Assembly: GCF_018350175.1 (NCBI RefSeq) | Contig: NC_058368.1 | Coordinates: 171,494,001 to 171,558,000, forward strand | From: Felis catus | Taxonomy: Eukaryota | Reading direction: 5' to 3' | Length of the DNA stretch: 64,000 nucleotides | Shown here: positions 1-13,468 of the stretch, piece by piece | How the letters are laid out: each line of letters opens with the position of its first letter | Numbering within the stretch: the first letter of the stretch is position 1 | Translations under genes and position numbers: made by a program | The notes under the pieces: model-generated | Told to the model about the DNA's origin: nothing | Seen by the model: only the letters and a program-made list of their open reading frames with translations | The model's database searches: none

Positions 1-116
1 ATCCCAGGGTTGTGGGATTGAGCCCCACCCTCAGTGTGGAGCCTGCTTAAGATTTTCTCTCTGCTCCTCTCCCCAACTTGTGTTCTCTCTAAAATTAAAA
101 AAAATTTTTTTAAAAA
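1..116 (+). mobile_element. Can-SINE 3' part (cut by the window edge)
   Basis: gggattgagccccac...ggagcctgcttaagatt..(CT) region, A tail. Confidence 0.8.
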
Positions 117-2276
117 AGGACAAGGGGCTTTATTTCAGGAGGCTAGTCACATTTGGTAAAGTAAGCTAATCAGGGGATTGCTATAGTTTCTTAAGGACCC
201 AAATCTAGCTCCTGTCATCATTTTCGTCTCTGGACTGTTAGTCACTATAGGTTAATATGGGTCCACACAGTTCTCTACAGTTTACACAACACTGCAATGC
301 CAGTGTCCAATGCTTTACGGTACCTTCCTTGTTCGTTTTTTAACATGTTATATGTGAACGTTTCAAGCTTGTGTGCATCAGACCATGACCAGGCTTTTGT
401 GTGGTTTGGCTCTGTTCACGTTTGAGTGCCCTCGTCTTAAGTGACCCTTGCCTTCAATTCAGGAAGAGTGGCTGTCAGAAACAAAATCAACTTTCCCAGG
501 ATCTATTTAGCTACTTGATCTGGGGGAAATTCTTAAAAGTCATTCCTGTGATGTCAAAATTTGGTGATGGATATGCACGGATTTTCAGTTACAAAAACAC
601 TTTGCATTTTAATAGTATTAGGAATCTCACAAAATTTGTAGCTCAATTTGACACCTATCAACCTAAATTAAACTTTTGATGTCATTTAAATGTTGCCAAT
701 GCTTTTAATTTACAGAGTAGGCATGAGGATAAATGTGTGACATTAAGTGAAAAAAGATTTTTCTAAGCAAGTGACAATGCCTTATTCTGTTATTATGAGG
801 GGAAGGACAAATAGCCAATTAGTAAAGCAGGATTTCAATATATAAATGATTTCATTTTAAGAACACTCAAATCTGATAAATTTGTAAACTTTTGGGTTAA
901 ATTTTATCCAATTTATTCACATTTTCTTATCTAAATTAAAAGATAAAAAACCTGTATCTGATGCTTAAGACAATCAGGGCAGATTACAACTGTTCCCAAT
1001 GCAACAGATTATGTATTAGGTTCCAGTAAAACTCACCTGATTTCATATTGCCTAACCCCACGATTTATCATAAGAAATGTGATATTCATGAATTAAGAAT
1101 GAGCTTTTAATTGGAGATACAGTTTAATGTTATAGTTGTTACAGTGACAGTACAAAGTCACTATGCCTTGGTTTCACCAACTTTAGACTGAGTACTATGG
1201 AAAAAATGGCAGAAAGCATAGCAAGTTAGCAAAATAAGACATTTTTTCTAACACCACAAATTATGGTCAAACAGGAGAATTTGGCAAAACAGCCACTCAT
1301 TAAATTAGGCAAAACAAAACTGAATCTTGAAACACAAAATTTGGAAAATAGAAGTGTTTCATCATCTAGTGGCTAATTCTTTAAAGTTCAAATGCCTGAC
1401 ATCAGCCCATTCATCCCAAACAGGCAGCCAGATTCCTGCTTTTTTAAGAGTTTCTTCATTCAAAAAGCCCAAGGGTGGTATTTAAGCAGTTACTGCTTTA
1501 GCAAAAACATAGAGACTTTTAAGACACTGATTTTGCTACATGTCAACTGCAAGATCAAACAAGGCATTCTGCTAAAAAGCTGAAGGCTAGATTATAAAGA
1601 ATTGGGTGTGGAGGAGAAAGATGCTAGGAAAATATGTCTACACATGAAAGATCGTTTCTCTGGTTGGTCTGCTTCCAATTTCTCCTTCCCTGACCCCAGT
1701 ACTCTCCTGGATCCCTCTGCTTTCCTCATCACCAAAGTGATCAACTTGGGAGTGTGAGCCGGGTGGAAATGAAGGCATTGCATCCTCTGCTCCTTTGGCG
1801 GAGCTACCAAAGTACACACTGAGAGCGACACAGTGTGTCACAGACATCCTTCCTCGTGGGTCAGAAAGGCAGGTTCAAAAACAAGAAAGGCACTTCTGAA
1901 CCTGCGAAGTCATCTGCTCGGTCCCTGAGGTCCTCGGAGTAGAATGAAAGCGTTCTAGCTAAAGAACTTGTGATCTACACCTGTGCATGCCGGAGGGGCT
2001 GTGAGACATGGTAGCAGCAGAAGGGTGCCATCTTTCCTTTCAGCACACATGGGCTCAATGACAACACCTATCTGTGACTGGCTGGCTGGAATTAAGAAGT
2101 GGCAAATCTCTTAAATACCAAGTTTTCTTCTTGTGATAGGAGGACACAATTCAAGGGAAGAAGACTGAGTAAACGCTCACATCCAATCCTGGCAGTACTC
2201 TTGCATTCCCCCCAACCCCTTCAAGGGGACCACACAATTTAGAGCAACACACAGTAAACCTTTTCCAAGTCATTTT

Positions 2277-2499
2277 TGTTAAATTTTTAATATTTATTTA
2301 TTTGAGAGAGAGAGCGCATGCGTGCACATGATGGTGGGGGGGGGGGGGGCAGAAAAAGAGAGGGAAACAGAATCTGAAGCAGGCTCCAGGCTCTGAGATG
2401 TCAGCACAGAGCCCGACATGGGGGTTGAACTCGAAAACCACAAGATCATGACCAGAGCAGAAGTCAGATGCTTAACCGACTGAGCCACCCAGGTGCCCC
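2277..2499 (-). mobile_element. Can-SINE (felid type)
   Basis: Full antisense body; TSD tccaagtcatttt 2264-2276 / 2500-2512. Confidence 0.92.
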
Positions 2500-2890
2500 T
2501 CCAAGTCATTTTCTGTCAATTTATTTCACCTGGTGCAGCAGGTGGACTATTCCATCTCTCAAGTTGGTTCTGCTTCACAGGAATATGCTAGATCCCTGCT
2601 TTAGAGGTTTTTATTTGATGCAAAGTATAATAGAATATAAAATATATACGAAGTACATATCATTATATGTAAGAACCGCTTTAAAAAGGCTTCTTTAGCT
2701 AAGGTAAAATTGAGAAAATTCATATTTTTTTCTGCCTCATAGTTTGAGCTCAGATCTAGGAGGTCTTAACTTGGAGTTCTTTGAGCTTTTTACCCAGTAC
2801 AAAAGAATCTGAAAAAATACTGTCCCCTAGTGCATGCTTCTAAGGTGATATCAAACATTTTTTATCAAAAGTTTTATAGTTCCAACTTTT

Positions 2891-3022
2891 TATGGTGACA
2901 AATGGTAACTAGATTTATCATGGGGATCATTTAGTAATGTATAAAAATACCAAATCACTGTGATGTACCCCTGAAACTAATAGGATAGTCTATGTCAAGT
3001 ACACTTGATTTAAAAAAAAAAA
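2891..3022 (+). mobile_element. Short L1 3'-terminal fragment with poly(A)
   Basis: tatggtgacaaatggtaactag...tgtacccctgaaactaata...A12. Confidence 0.75.
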
Positions 3023-4046
3023 GTTGAAACAATACCGAAGTATGTCATTTGCAGGATACAGAAACCACTGACACTTTAGAATGGAATTGTGTCACAACTC
3101 TTTTCAATGTATCCAATGCAAGAAAATACCATAGAAATTGGATACCCACAGTCACCCATTTTAAAACTACATGAAATGAGTTTCCATTTGGAAATTTCAT
3201 GGCATTCTTTATTCTCCTTGTATTTGCATTTAAATTCGACCTCTTCCCAAAAATTTATCCCAAAGTAATACATGTTGTACCACTTGAAAGTTTTATTCAC
3301 GACTCAGTGACAAAAAATAGAAATAAATTTAAGTTTTATAAAGCTCTAGGTGTTAATTTCTTCTGAACTAAGCCATTACAATTATTAATAGATTATTAGT
3401 ATACCAAAATAATTTTGAAAAACAATTAAGAGTAAAAAGTAAACTTTTGTTGGAAAGTAATTCTTAATGAGATAAACAAGGTAGTTTTGTTTTCCCAACA
3501 AGGACATAGATCATATGCCTTCATGACTATTATTTTGTGCTGGAATAAAAGAGGTCGGCAATAATTCCATTCCTGTTTTTATCTGGATAGATTTCAATGC
3601 TGAGAAATCTTGTTCACATAAATAAGTAGAGTTGTATGTAAAGAAATTAAGAGTTATGTGTCTAGTAGTGATACATACCTAAAATTATTTCAAATCTCTA
3701 TCAGGTGACAAATCAATTGGGTCTTCCTCCAATTTTGTCCAAAGTAAAAATGAGGAAATGACTTAGCAAAGGAAGTCATTAATAATTAAGGCCATTTAGT
3801 TTCCCAACACCAGCTCAGGAGGTTTTTAACATTTAAGGACAAAACAGTGTAATGGATTCTGGATGAGGAAAAGGTCTGCCTTTCTTTCGGACAATGGGAA
3901 ATGGTCCGCTGGTAAAGGGCAGGCTGGAGAGAAGAGCCAGCAAAGCAAGTGTGCTACGGCAGGCAGATTCCCGTCAGGAAAGAGAATCTGAAAGGCGACT
4001 GAATCAAAACCGTCTGTGCTCACACAACCCTCAAGAAAGTCCTCCT

Positions 4047-4263
4047 GGGGCACTTGGGTGGCTCAGCCAGTTGGGTGGCCAGCTCCTGATTTCAGCTCAT
4101 GTATCGATCTCAGGGTTTGTGACATCAAGCCCCACACCTGACTCTGTGCTGACAGCATGGAGAGCCTGTTTAGGTTTCTCTCTGTCTCACTCTGTTCCTC
4201 CCCTGCTTGCAGGGGTGTGTGTGTGCTCCACCTGCCTCTCTCAAAAATGAATAAATACCCTTA

Positions 4264-4291
<28 letters not shown>
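4047..4291 (+). mobile_element. Can-SINE (older)
   Basis: ggggcacttgggtggctcag head, (AAAAAT)n tail; degenerate TSD aaagtcctcctg / aaatcttcctg. Confidence 0.88.
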
Positions 4292-4294
<3 letters not shown>

Positions 4295-4708
4295 TCTTCC
4301 TGTACTCTCTTCACCACCAGGAGCTGCATACCTCAGCGTGAAATCTACTGCCCTAATCTAGCCAGCCTTCAAAATCCACTTCCTTCACAATAACATCATA
4401 CTTTTTACCCTCAGCCGTAAGCAAATTATCCTAGTGGGCACTTAAACTTTTTCAGAGTTCCACTCTGTGACACTTGATACATCCTGCCCACATGTAAGTA
4501 CATCTTTTACCTCCCTAGCCTGACAAAATGGCTAAGTCTACAAGAGTGGAAGTCCATTTATGTCTCAGCTCTGCCAGTTTATCCATGGTGTGATCTTGGA
4601 CAAGTTAGTAAATCCCTCTGGGCCTCAGGTTTCTCAACAATAAAATAGAGGTATCACCAACTACTTATATAGTGGATATGAAGATTAGATAATTTTTAAA
4701 AAAGTGCT

Positions 4709-4812
4709 TGGGATGCCTGGCTGGTTCAGTTGGTGGAGCATGAGACTCTTGATCTCTGGGGTCATGAGTTCAGGTTCCACATTGGGCATGGAGTCTCAAG
4801 ATGAAAAATTTA

Positions 4813-4845
<33 letters not shown>

Positions 4846-4846
4846 G
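4709..4846 (+). mobile_element. Short old Can-SINE with (AAT)n tail
   Basis: gggatgcctggctggttcagttggtggagcatgagactcttgatctc...; about 10 AAT units at 4814-4843. Confidence 0.85.
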
Positions 4847-4994
4847 ATGAAACAAAGAGAAAGTACTCAACACAGTGCTTGGCTTTGAATAAGTGTGACA
4901 TAACTGCTTTATTATTTTTATATGACTAAGTTCCCCCTAAATCAGGGGCCAGGTTTTACTCCTTTCTCTATGCTCCACAGAAAAGAGCCTCCAC

Positions 4995-5687
4995 TGAATG
5001 TTTTTTCCAACACCTAACCAAGCAATTCAATTCTCAGAGGACAATGACTGGGTGGCCTGCAATTTAACTCAATTCTCATGCTATCAACCTGGAGATAACG
5101 TCAGATCCCACATGTTAAGGGCTGAATCCCTCCAGATTGCCTCCTCATCAGATTAATTTGCTAGAGGGGTTCTCAGAACTCAGAGAAACAGTTTACTTAT
5201 GAGATCACCAGTTCATTATAAAAACTCAAAAGTGGCCAAATGGAAGACATGCACAAGACAAAGTATGAGAAAGGGGCTCTGAGCAACACTCACTGCATCT
5301 CCACGAATTCACCAACCCCTCAGAATCCCATCCTTTGGGGTTTTATGGAGACTTTAGTACATAGGCACAATTGATGAAGTTGTTGGCTATCAATGATTGA
5401 ACTCAATCTCCAACACCTCTTTCCTCTCCAGAGGTCAGGGGCTGGGGCTGAAAATCCCAACTCCTTAATTATGGCTGGCTCCCCTTGTACCCAGCTCCCA
5501 TCCTTAGGGACTTTCCAAAGGTGACCTCACCAGTAGGTTCAAAAGGGCTTGCTATGAATAACAAAAGATGTTCCTTCACCTCTACTGCTCTTATCATATA
5601 GGAAATTCCAATGGTTTTAGGAGCTCTGTGCCAGAAATGGGAATAAACACCAAATACATATTTCTTATTATAAATCACAGTATCACA
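4995..5687 (-). mobile_element. MER21-family LTR fragment
   Basis: Minus strand begins tgtgatactgtgatttataataagaaata...tggcacagagctcctaaaacc, matching the recalled MER21 LTR start. Confidence 0.75.
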
Positions 5688-6134
5688 GGTCTTATGTCAA
5701 AGAGGTGCTCAATAAATTCTTGATGAAGGAAAAGGGAATGGGAAACTAAGTATCATTTATGGTAACTCACTAGAGCTATGATATTTAATACACCATAGGC
5801 CTTTAGTTTTGCTTGCTTTTCTAATTTGGGTAGCTATGCGTGGAATGCTAAACTCATGGGAAGAGTGGAAATATTAACATTTTAGAGAAAATCTAACCAG
5901 ACTTGCCATATATTAAATCTTTTACAGAATGAAAATAAACATCAGCTTCAAGGCAGAATAAAAAAGGGTGCCAACTAAGGAAAAGAGCCATGAACATACA
6001 CCTGACTATATGATCTACGTGACGTGCCTTGCACTTAAGGCTGTTACTACCTCTTCCCCTCTTTGCTGGGCAAAATGTCCCAAAGAACTTAGAAGCAGAC
6101 TGACTTGCTGCTTCTTTATAAATTAGCAGGATGT

Positions 6135-6359
6135 GGGGCGCCTGGGTGGCGCAGTCAGTTAAGCGTCCAACTTCAGCCAGGTCACGATCTCGTGGTCTGT
6201 GAGTTCGAGCCCCGCGTCAGGCTCTGGGCTGATGGCTCAGAGCCTGGAGCCTGTTTCCGATTCTGTGTCTCCCTCTCTCTCTGCCCCTCCCCCATTCATG
6301 CTCTGTCTCTCTCTGTCCCAAAAAAATAAATAAAATAAACGTTGAAAAAATAAATAAAT
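6135..6359 (+). mobile_element. Young SINEC_Fc-like Can-SINE
   Basis: ggggcgcctgggtggcgcagtc head; perfect TSD aaattagcaggatgt 6120-6134 / 6360-6374. Confidence 0.95.
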
Positions 6360-7647
6360 AAATTAGCAGGATGTACTGTCTTCTCAAGAATATCTGTGGA
6401 AACAAGTAGATTTAAAGAAGTAAGGAAATCATGCAATAGTAGGAAAAACCAGGGATGTATATTTTCAAATAATTCAAGGAGTTTCACCTTCTTTATTTTC
6501 CATTTACTTTCCAAATATATGCTCTAAGATACCAAACACGTAGATTCAAACACTGCTCTTACAATCTGTGTGACCTTAAGTAATTATTGTTTCTGAGCTT
6601 CGGTTTCCTCATGAGTAAAATGAGAATATCACCCACGTTCCTCATGGGATTACCAAAGAAGTAACGTTATCCACTGTTAAGGTGCAAGGAAACCAGACCA
6701 AATTAAGGATTCAACTTAAAGGACACCGCAGGACCTCACAGAGTGGAATTCATGGCTCCTGTGTCCTATCCCCATTCTCCTCTCAAAGCTGCACGGTCCT
6801 TTGGTGTTTCTCAGTGACTCTATTCTTTCTCTGCAAACCCACTTCTTTGTTCATGGGTGTGCCTGGCACCTGGGCTGTAACAGTAGCCCCAAAAGTGGTG
6901 GCTCTCCACAGCTGACTCATCTTCTGGGCTCTGATTCCAGCTTCGCAGAAGAAGGAAACCGGGTGGTTTCCTCAGGTGCCCCATTCTCACCCCTGGAGAG
7001 AGGGGAGGGGCAAGACCATTGTTACAGAGGGATTTCCTGTCACCCCTCAGGACACTTGGTTCCAAGATCCACATAGCGCATTGTTCAAAGTGCCAAACAG
7101 GACACCTGCTCCAGGAAAGATGGTTCCTTTTTGCCTGCCTCCCCTGCTTTCCCTACACCAACCAAAATAATCCTGAACTCCAGGAACTAATGCCAACCAT
7201 TTTTCACACTGATACCAATAAGTAAGGAGAGCAGATAACAGAAATCAATCCCAGATTTCTCAAAGTCTGAAGAAGATGCTGACAGAGAAATCACTGCGAA
7301 TTCTGAATCTGGTAGTAAAACAAAGCTGTGAAATCCTCAGATGTTGTCTGCCTAAGAAATCTATCTCAAAACCATCTTAAAACCTTGAACCTCCATCTGT
7401 GTAGAAAGATGGGTGAAAAAGCAGAAAAATTTACCTAAATGGTTTGTAAAGTCAAGGCAGAGCCTTAGGAGCTGTGACCACAAACAACTGCGAAGGTGGA
7501 ACCAATTCACACTAACTTCTACAAGAAGAAGTAGGTTCACTAAAGGACTAGTCTTTGGTTATATTCTCTCAGAAGACAAAGGCAGAGACAAAGCCATGCA
7601 AAAACCTGTCCAGAAAGGCCTCTATTTGTACCTAGTAAGATAACACT

Positions 7648-8076
7648 TTTTTTTCTTTTCAAATATTTATTTAAATTCTAGTTAGCTCACATACAGTGCA
7701 ATATTGGCTTCAAGAATACAATTCAGTGATTCATCACTTACACAAAACACCCAGTGCCCATCATAGCAAGTGCCCCCTTTAATACCCAGCACTTACCTAG
7801 CCCATCCCCCACCCTCTTCCCTTCATCAACTCTCAGTTTATTCTCTATCTTTGAGTCTCTTATGGTTTGTTTTCCTCTCTTCCTTTTTGACTTCCTCCCA
7901 TATATTCATCTGTTTTGTTTTTTAAATTCCACAAATGAGTGAAATCATATATTTATCTTTCTCTAACTTATATCACTTAGCATAATACACTCTAGCTCCA
8001 TCCACATTATTGCAGGTGGTAAGATTCCATTCTTTTTGATGGCTGAGTAATATTCTTTTTGATGGCTGAGTCTACA

Positions 8077-8107
<31 letters not shown>

Positions 8108-8111
8108 CACC

Positions 8112-8148
<37 letters not shown>

Positions 8149-8393
8149 CACATCTTCTTCATCCACTCATCAGTCAATGGACATTTGGACTCTCTCCATA
8201 GTTGGCTATGGTTGACAATGCTGCCATAAATATCAGGGTGCATGTATTCCTTTGAATCTATATTTTTGCATCCTTTGTGTAAAAACCTAGTAGTGCAATT
8301 GCTGGATCATAGGGTAGTTCTATTTTGAACTTTCTGAGGAACCTCCATACTGTTCTCCAGAATGGCTGCACCAGTTTATATTCCCACCAACAG
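7648..8393 (-). mobile_element. 5'-truncated carnivore L1 3' end with internal (CA)n
   Basis: T-tail at 7648; antisense L1 motifs (tagtagtgcaattgctggatcatagggtagttctatttt...; ORF 8258..8449 resembles the ORF2 C-terminus [11 protein letters not shown]); TSD aagataacact 7637-7647 / aagatagcact 8394-8404. Confidence 0.9.
8074..8146. repeat. Interrupted (CA)n microsatellite inside L1
   Basis: Directly visible. Confidence 0.95.
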
Positions 8394-8555
8394 AAGATAG
8401 CACTAATTTCTAACCATGAGTTAACCAAAGAGGTAAAATCCAGATTCATCTGGTCAATTCAGACTAAAAGAACGTCTTAAAAAGCTGTATTAATGAATTG
8501 CTTATTGCAATTAACTTCATTCAGGAATATGAATTTCATTTGAACTTAAGTTTTA

Positions 8556-8771
8556 TAAATTTTTTTTAATGTTTATTTTATTTTTGACAGAGAGAGAGAC
8601 AGAGCATGAGCGGGGGAGGGGCAGAGAGAGAAGGAAACACAGAATCTGAAGCAGGCTCCAGGCTCTGAGCTGTGAGCACAGAGCCCAACATGGGGCTCAA
8701 ACTCACAGACCACGAGATCATGACCTGAGCTGAAGTCAGATGCTCAAATGACTGAGCCACCCAGACACCCC
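8556..8771 (-). mobile_element. Can-SINE
   Basis: TSD tgaacttaagtttta 8541-8555 / 8772-8786. Confidence 0.92.
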
Positions 8772-11757
8772 TGAACTTAAGTTTTAAAGAACCAGCTATA
8801 CTTCTGTATATAAAAGTATACAAAAACATTGTATATTTCCAAGGAGAAAAATGTATTTTGTGATCTGGTAAGATATCTTCCACGTCTTACAGGTTTCTGA
8901 AATAATGATTAAATTTAAAAACTACTCTAAAAAAGCTTTCCAAAATCTTTTGTCATATTTGGTCCTTTTAACACTATGACAGAGAAGCCAGAGAGAAGAA
9001 AGAATTTTAGGAAGAGGGATCTTTAGTGATTTTGTACCAGTTCCTTTACTTTATAGATAATGAGATGAAAGATCAGAATATGGAATGATGGTTGTAGGTC
9101 ACAGCCAAGTTAGACTAGGAATTCAAATTTACTCAAATTGGATACACTACACCTTTTTTTTTCCCCTCCCACTGTACCACATGACTTCCCAATGCAGCTG
9201 TTTCAATAATCAGTTAAGAGATAATCTAAGACTCAGCAGGAATTCTTCCAGTCCAGGTGAAAAAGAAGCAGGAATCACAGATCTGGATCATTATCTCAGT
9301 AGATTGATCAGCTAATTCTTATTTGTTACCTTGAAGAATGAATGTCACAATCACACACTCTCTAAAACAAAGTTAACACTGTTAAATTTTCAAGAAATCA
9401 TCTCCAAAACCAGCCACATAACACTCCTGGTCAGAATGCCTTGTTCTAATTCCCTTGTATGAGAATTGATACTAATTTCTTCCCTTCCTGTCTTCTGCTG
9501 ACCCTCACAGGATAAGCAAACACTCCACGATTCCCATCAGGTGCGCAGGAAGGTGCCACAGTCTTCTTCCAGACATTCCTCAGAGTGCCTAGTGATTCTC
9601 ATCCAGATACCTCCAGGTTCCAGAACATGCGACACTCAGAAATGACTTCACCTCTTTGGGCCCGCGTTTCCTTATACACAACACAAAGTGACTGTCTTAC
9701 ACCTCATCTCATCCAACGACTCCGGGCCCTCCTATGAGCTCTCCTCCTCTGAAACCAAGTATGCTCTCACTTAATGACCTACTCTATTCTATTAAAATGA
9801 ATGTGTCTTATGGTCCTTGCCTTAAAGATTTGGGTTGTATCTGTTACAACACAGTAGAAATTCCTAACATTTGAATTTTGTATGATCAGTCTTGTACTGT
9901 TCTGTTACTTTTCCCATAAATTATGATGCATGTTTCCTAGCATAGGAATCAGTGTCTTCCTCTAAGCTTTTCAAAACTCTATTAGAAACGTGAATGTGCA
10001 AATGTGTTTATTCAAAAATAAATTTAAAACAAATAACAAAAACAAAAAAAAACCAGCAACAAAAGCCTTTTAAAATACATTTCTGATTGCCACAGCCAAG
10101 TTGGGCTTCTGCTGATGTCATGTCTCACACAATGTGCTAATCAAAGGAAGTACTTAATAAATGATTATTACTTTCTTGACATTACTATTTCTCAACAGCC
10201 CAGAGCTATATACTGTATCAATGAACTTGCACTTCACTATGTTAAAGCATTTCTCCATCTGTCCTGCTCTGGGGTGCACCCACGTCAGGTCACCAATAGA
10301 TGCTGGTCAGCTACCCATGTGTTAATCTTATGCTGCAGGGGCCACAGCTGTGCAGCACCCACCATCCCCTGGTGTTGGCCAACTGACCTACTAAGAACAA
10401 AGTGCTTGTGCTGGGAGTCATGGAGTGTTGAATCCAATTTAGTGATGCTCACAGGGGATGCTGGAGCAACCCGCAGTGAACTCCAGGGACAGGTGGGTTC
10501 ATACCAGCTGTCAATCAAAGGTTCCAAAGAGGCAGCCCTCGTGTCACATCTGGCTCTCAGGAAGGTTCCAATTTAGCACACAAAAGACTATCTTTAAAAT
10601 GAAATTGCCACTATTCAAAATTCTGGAAAGTTTACATAAATATCCACATATTATGCTTCCCTTAAAACACTGGAAGTTTGGCAGCTCTGGGTCCACTCCC
10701 CTGCACAGAAACAAGTGGCTTGGCCTGAGTAGTAGCTGTCTGCTTGCAGACTAGCACAAACCAACCTCGTTCAAAAGTCATTTTCATCACCCCCAGGCAT
10801 TGTGTTTGCAGCGTTTCCCACAGATGCTGAGTGAGAATGCCAAAATGTCACCGGATCTTGCTTTTCAGTCGTCTGAAGGCTACACTGCAACTATTTATTT
10901 CTCTGTTCGTCAGTGTGGTGCCGTTAAGAACCTAAAATGCCGTATCAGACAATCACAGCATTGTTTACCCATTGCAAATGGATATGTTTCTTCACCCAGT
11001 ACTTTTCTTACAGCTAATTATGAGTTATAGCCAGATATTGTCTGTACTGCCTACCTATAGCTGATTCTCTTCTGACAGGAACCCACCTATGTGGGTTGCC
11101 AAGACTTTGTCAGAGAAAGGGCTGTACAAATACGCACTTTTCCTTCCTGACCTCTCGCCTCCTGCTTTACCCCCAAGCTCCCTCTGAGGCCATGCAGATC
11201 TGCAGGAATGCTCTGGCTCCCTGCCCTGGCGCTGAGCTCCTGGGGTGGAGCAGCAGGCAGGCTGGGTGCAGGGCTCTTGACTCCGGAATGCACTTCCTCA
11301 TAGAGGTGCCAAGGCCTAATCTTGGCGGATTCTAAACACAATGGCTTTTTAGCTACCAGGGCATTTATTATTTGTGACTGAGAGGTGGGAAAAAAAAAAA
11401 AAAGTGCTTTAAATCTCCAGATAACCAAGATGCAAGTTAAGGGGAGAAATCACTGAGTTTGTCTGAAGTATTTTAACTTAAATAAAAGAATGTCTTCTAT
11501 AGTAACGAATCATGCACCATCAATTAATGTTATAAACTAACAAAAAATGAAAGCCTCCTACCACAATTAGTTTTTTTTAATTATTATTATATGTAAGTGT
11601 TAAATGAGGTGAGAATCTATGCCAATAACTCCTGAAACTATAGTTCTAAAATTTTGTTTTAGGGAGAATATCAGCAGAATTTAATCTATGAAAATTAATA
11701 GCTGGCCTGTTTAGAGTAGAAAGAGAAAAATCTATCTTTTATTTAAACCATAACTCC

Positions 11758-11871
11758 AGGCACGCCTGGCTGGCTCAGTCAGTAGAGCATCTGGCTCTTG
11801 ATTTTAGAATCATGAGTTCAAGCCCCAGGTTGGATGTAGATATAGCTCAAATAAATAAAACTTTTAAATAA
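11758..11871 (+). mobile_element. Short old Can-SINE
   Basis: ggcacgcctggctggctcagtcagtagagc; TSD taaaccataactcc on both sides. Confidence 0.85.
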
Positions 11872-13374
11872 ATAAACCATAACTCCTTTTTGTCAAATAC
11901 AGTACAATCTAATCAATCTCTTCTACATCTCAAAATCAGTTTTCTGTTGATCAAAATTTAACGGTAAAAATTTGTAAATGAAAATTTAAGTAACTGTGGC
12001 ATCGTAATTTAGTAAAGTAATATTTTTGTTCCCCTTTGGTCAGTAAAAAGTAATTTTAAAAAAGACAAGACCTATTGTTCCTTTCCGGCCCAGCCATCCA
12101 TGAATGGGCCTCAGGAATAGGGAGCTTCCGAGGGAGAGGGTGCTCTGAGCAAGCTGGGGGTGTGAGAAGAAAAAGTAACAGGCTGGAGAAACTGCCTGCG
12201 ATGGTGGGGAAGGGGACAGAGGCCAGAGGGCTACAGCGACCTGACCTAGTGACCTGCAGGCACTCTCTGAAGCATCCCCTCCCCCAGGCAGCAGAAACTT
12301 CACGGAGGACTGCCAGTGAGGTCTCTGCGCAGGCTTGACCCTAAGCACAGCAGGCTCTCAGGCACGCCAAGCCAAAGACCCCTCCCTCTCACACACACAT
12401 CCCAGCCCAGCTTCGCACAGAACTGCCCACCTTCTTGGGGCCTGGCTGGAACAGGGAGCACAGCAGTGACTAATGTAGGTGAAGACAAGAGGACCCTCTT
12501 CAAATATTCTGCTCCAAGTCTGAACCCCACCATGACCTGAGAAGTAGGGCATGGCTGAGACTGGGTCACTACCAGCTGGGTTCAGCTGAGGCTCCCAGTA
12601 AAGTACATTTGAATTAGAGGAAAGAGAAAATGGAAGATTTGAGAAAGCAAAAAAACATTAATCTCTGCCTCCACCACATTCTCCCTATATGTGTGACAGC
12701 AACTGTGACACCTCACCATAGGCATTTGCGAAGTGATCCTTCCCTACCCAAGACAGTCACACAGTCAAAGGGAGGGTCCATCTCTGGATCCCAGAACACA
12801 TCGCAGTTTTGTGGAATCCAGACTTGAAAAGTCAGACTAAAAGTAATTCAAAATCAAAGTGAAATGTGTACACAGCAAAGTCTGACTTAGTCTCTAAACA
12901 CAGCATTGTTTAATCCTTTTTATGTTAAAAATGATGAAAATGAACCATTGTTTAAAATACATGTAATAAATTAGCATGGATGTTTAAAGCTATCACTCCA
13001 TGGAGATTCACTTTAGTTATATTTATATTCTTCAAAATTTCAAACAGCTTAAACCATCTAAGAACTAAAGATTGGTTGAATAAATTATATGTCTATCCAT
13101 CTGTGTAACAGAAAATTATATAGATGCTAAAATGGTGCTAAGAACATTTAGAAACTTATTAAAACATATCTGTGACATATTATTAAATAAGAAAAGCAGA
13201 CTGTAAAAGACTACTATATTGCTTTTGCAGAAAAGATATACGAACAACTAGAAAGCTACGTAATAAGTGTTAACTATCAGGAGAATGGAATTGAATATGA
13301 AAGATTTTTTTTCTTTTGGAAGGAAAGGTTCTAAGTTTCTTAACTTTTCTAAAACAAATGTGTATGCATGTATG

Positions 13375-13468
13375 TATTTTTAAGCAATCTCTACACCCAA
13401 CGTGGGGCTTGAACTCAGGACCCTGAGATCAAGAGTCACATGCTCCACCAATTGAACCAGGCAGGCAT
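13375..13468 (-). mobile_element. Short old Can-SINE
   Basis: aagcaatctctacacccaacgtggggcttgaactcaggaccctgagatcaagagtcacatgc. Confidence 0.8.

Noticed and set aside
2336..2349. Long G-runs (also ~19684-19693) as G-quadruplex elements
   Set aside because: Expanded C-tracts within the SINE pyrimidine region; no evidence of function.
6105..6329. Recurring ORF peptides such as GAPGWRSRLSVRLQPGHDLAVREFEPRVRLWADGSEPGACFRFC (also 27550, 58939 and antisense versions)
   Set aside because: They are translations of SINEC_Fc copies, not a gene family.
10115..10576. 153-aa plus-strand ORF
   Set aside because: No recognisable homology, no splice or poly(A) context, antisense intronic; consistent with chance.
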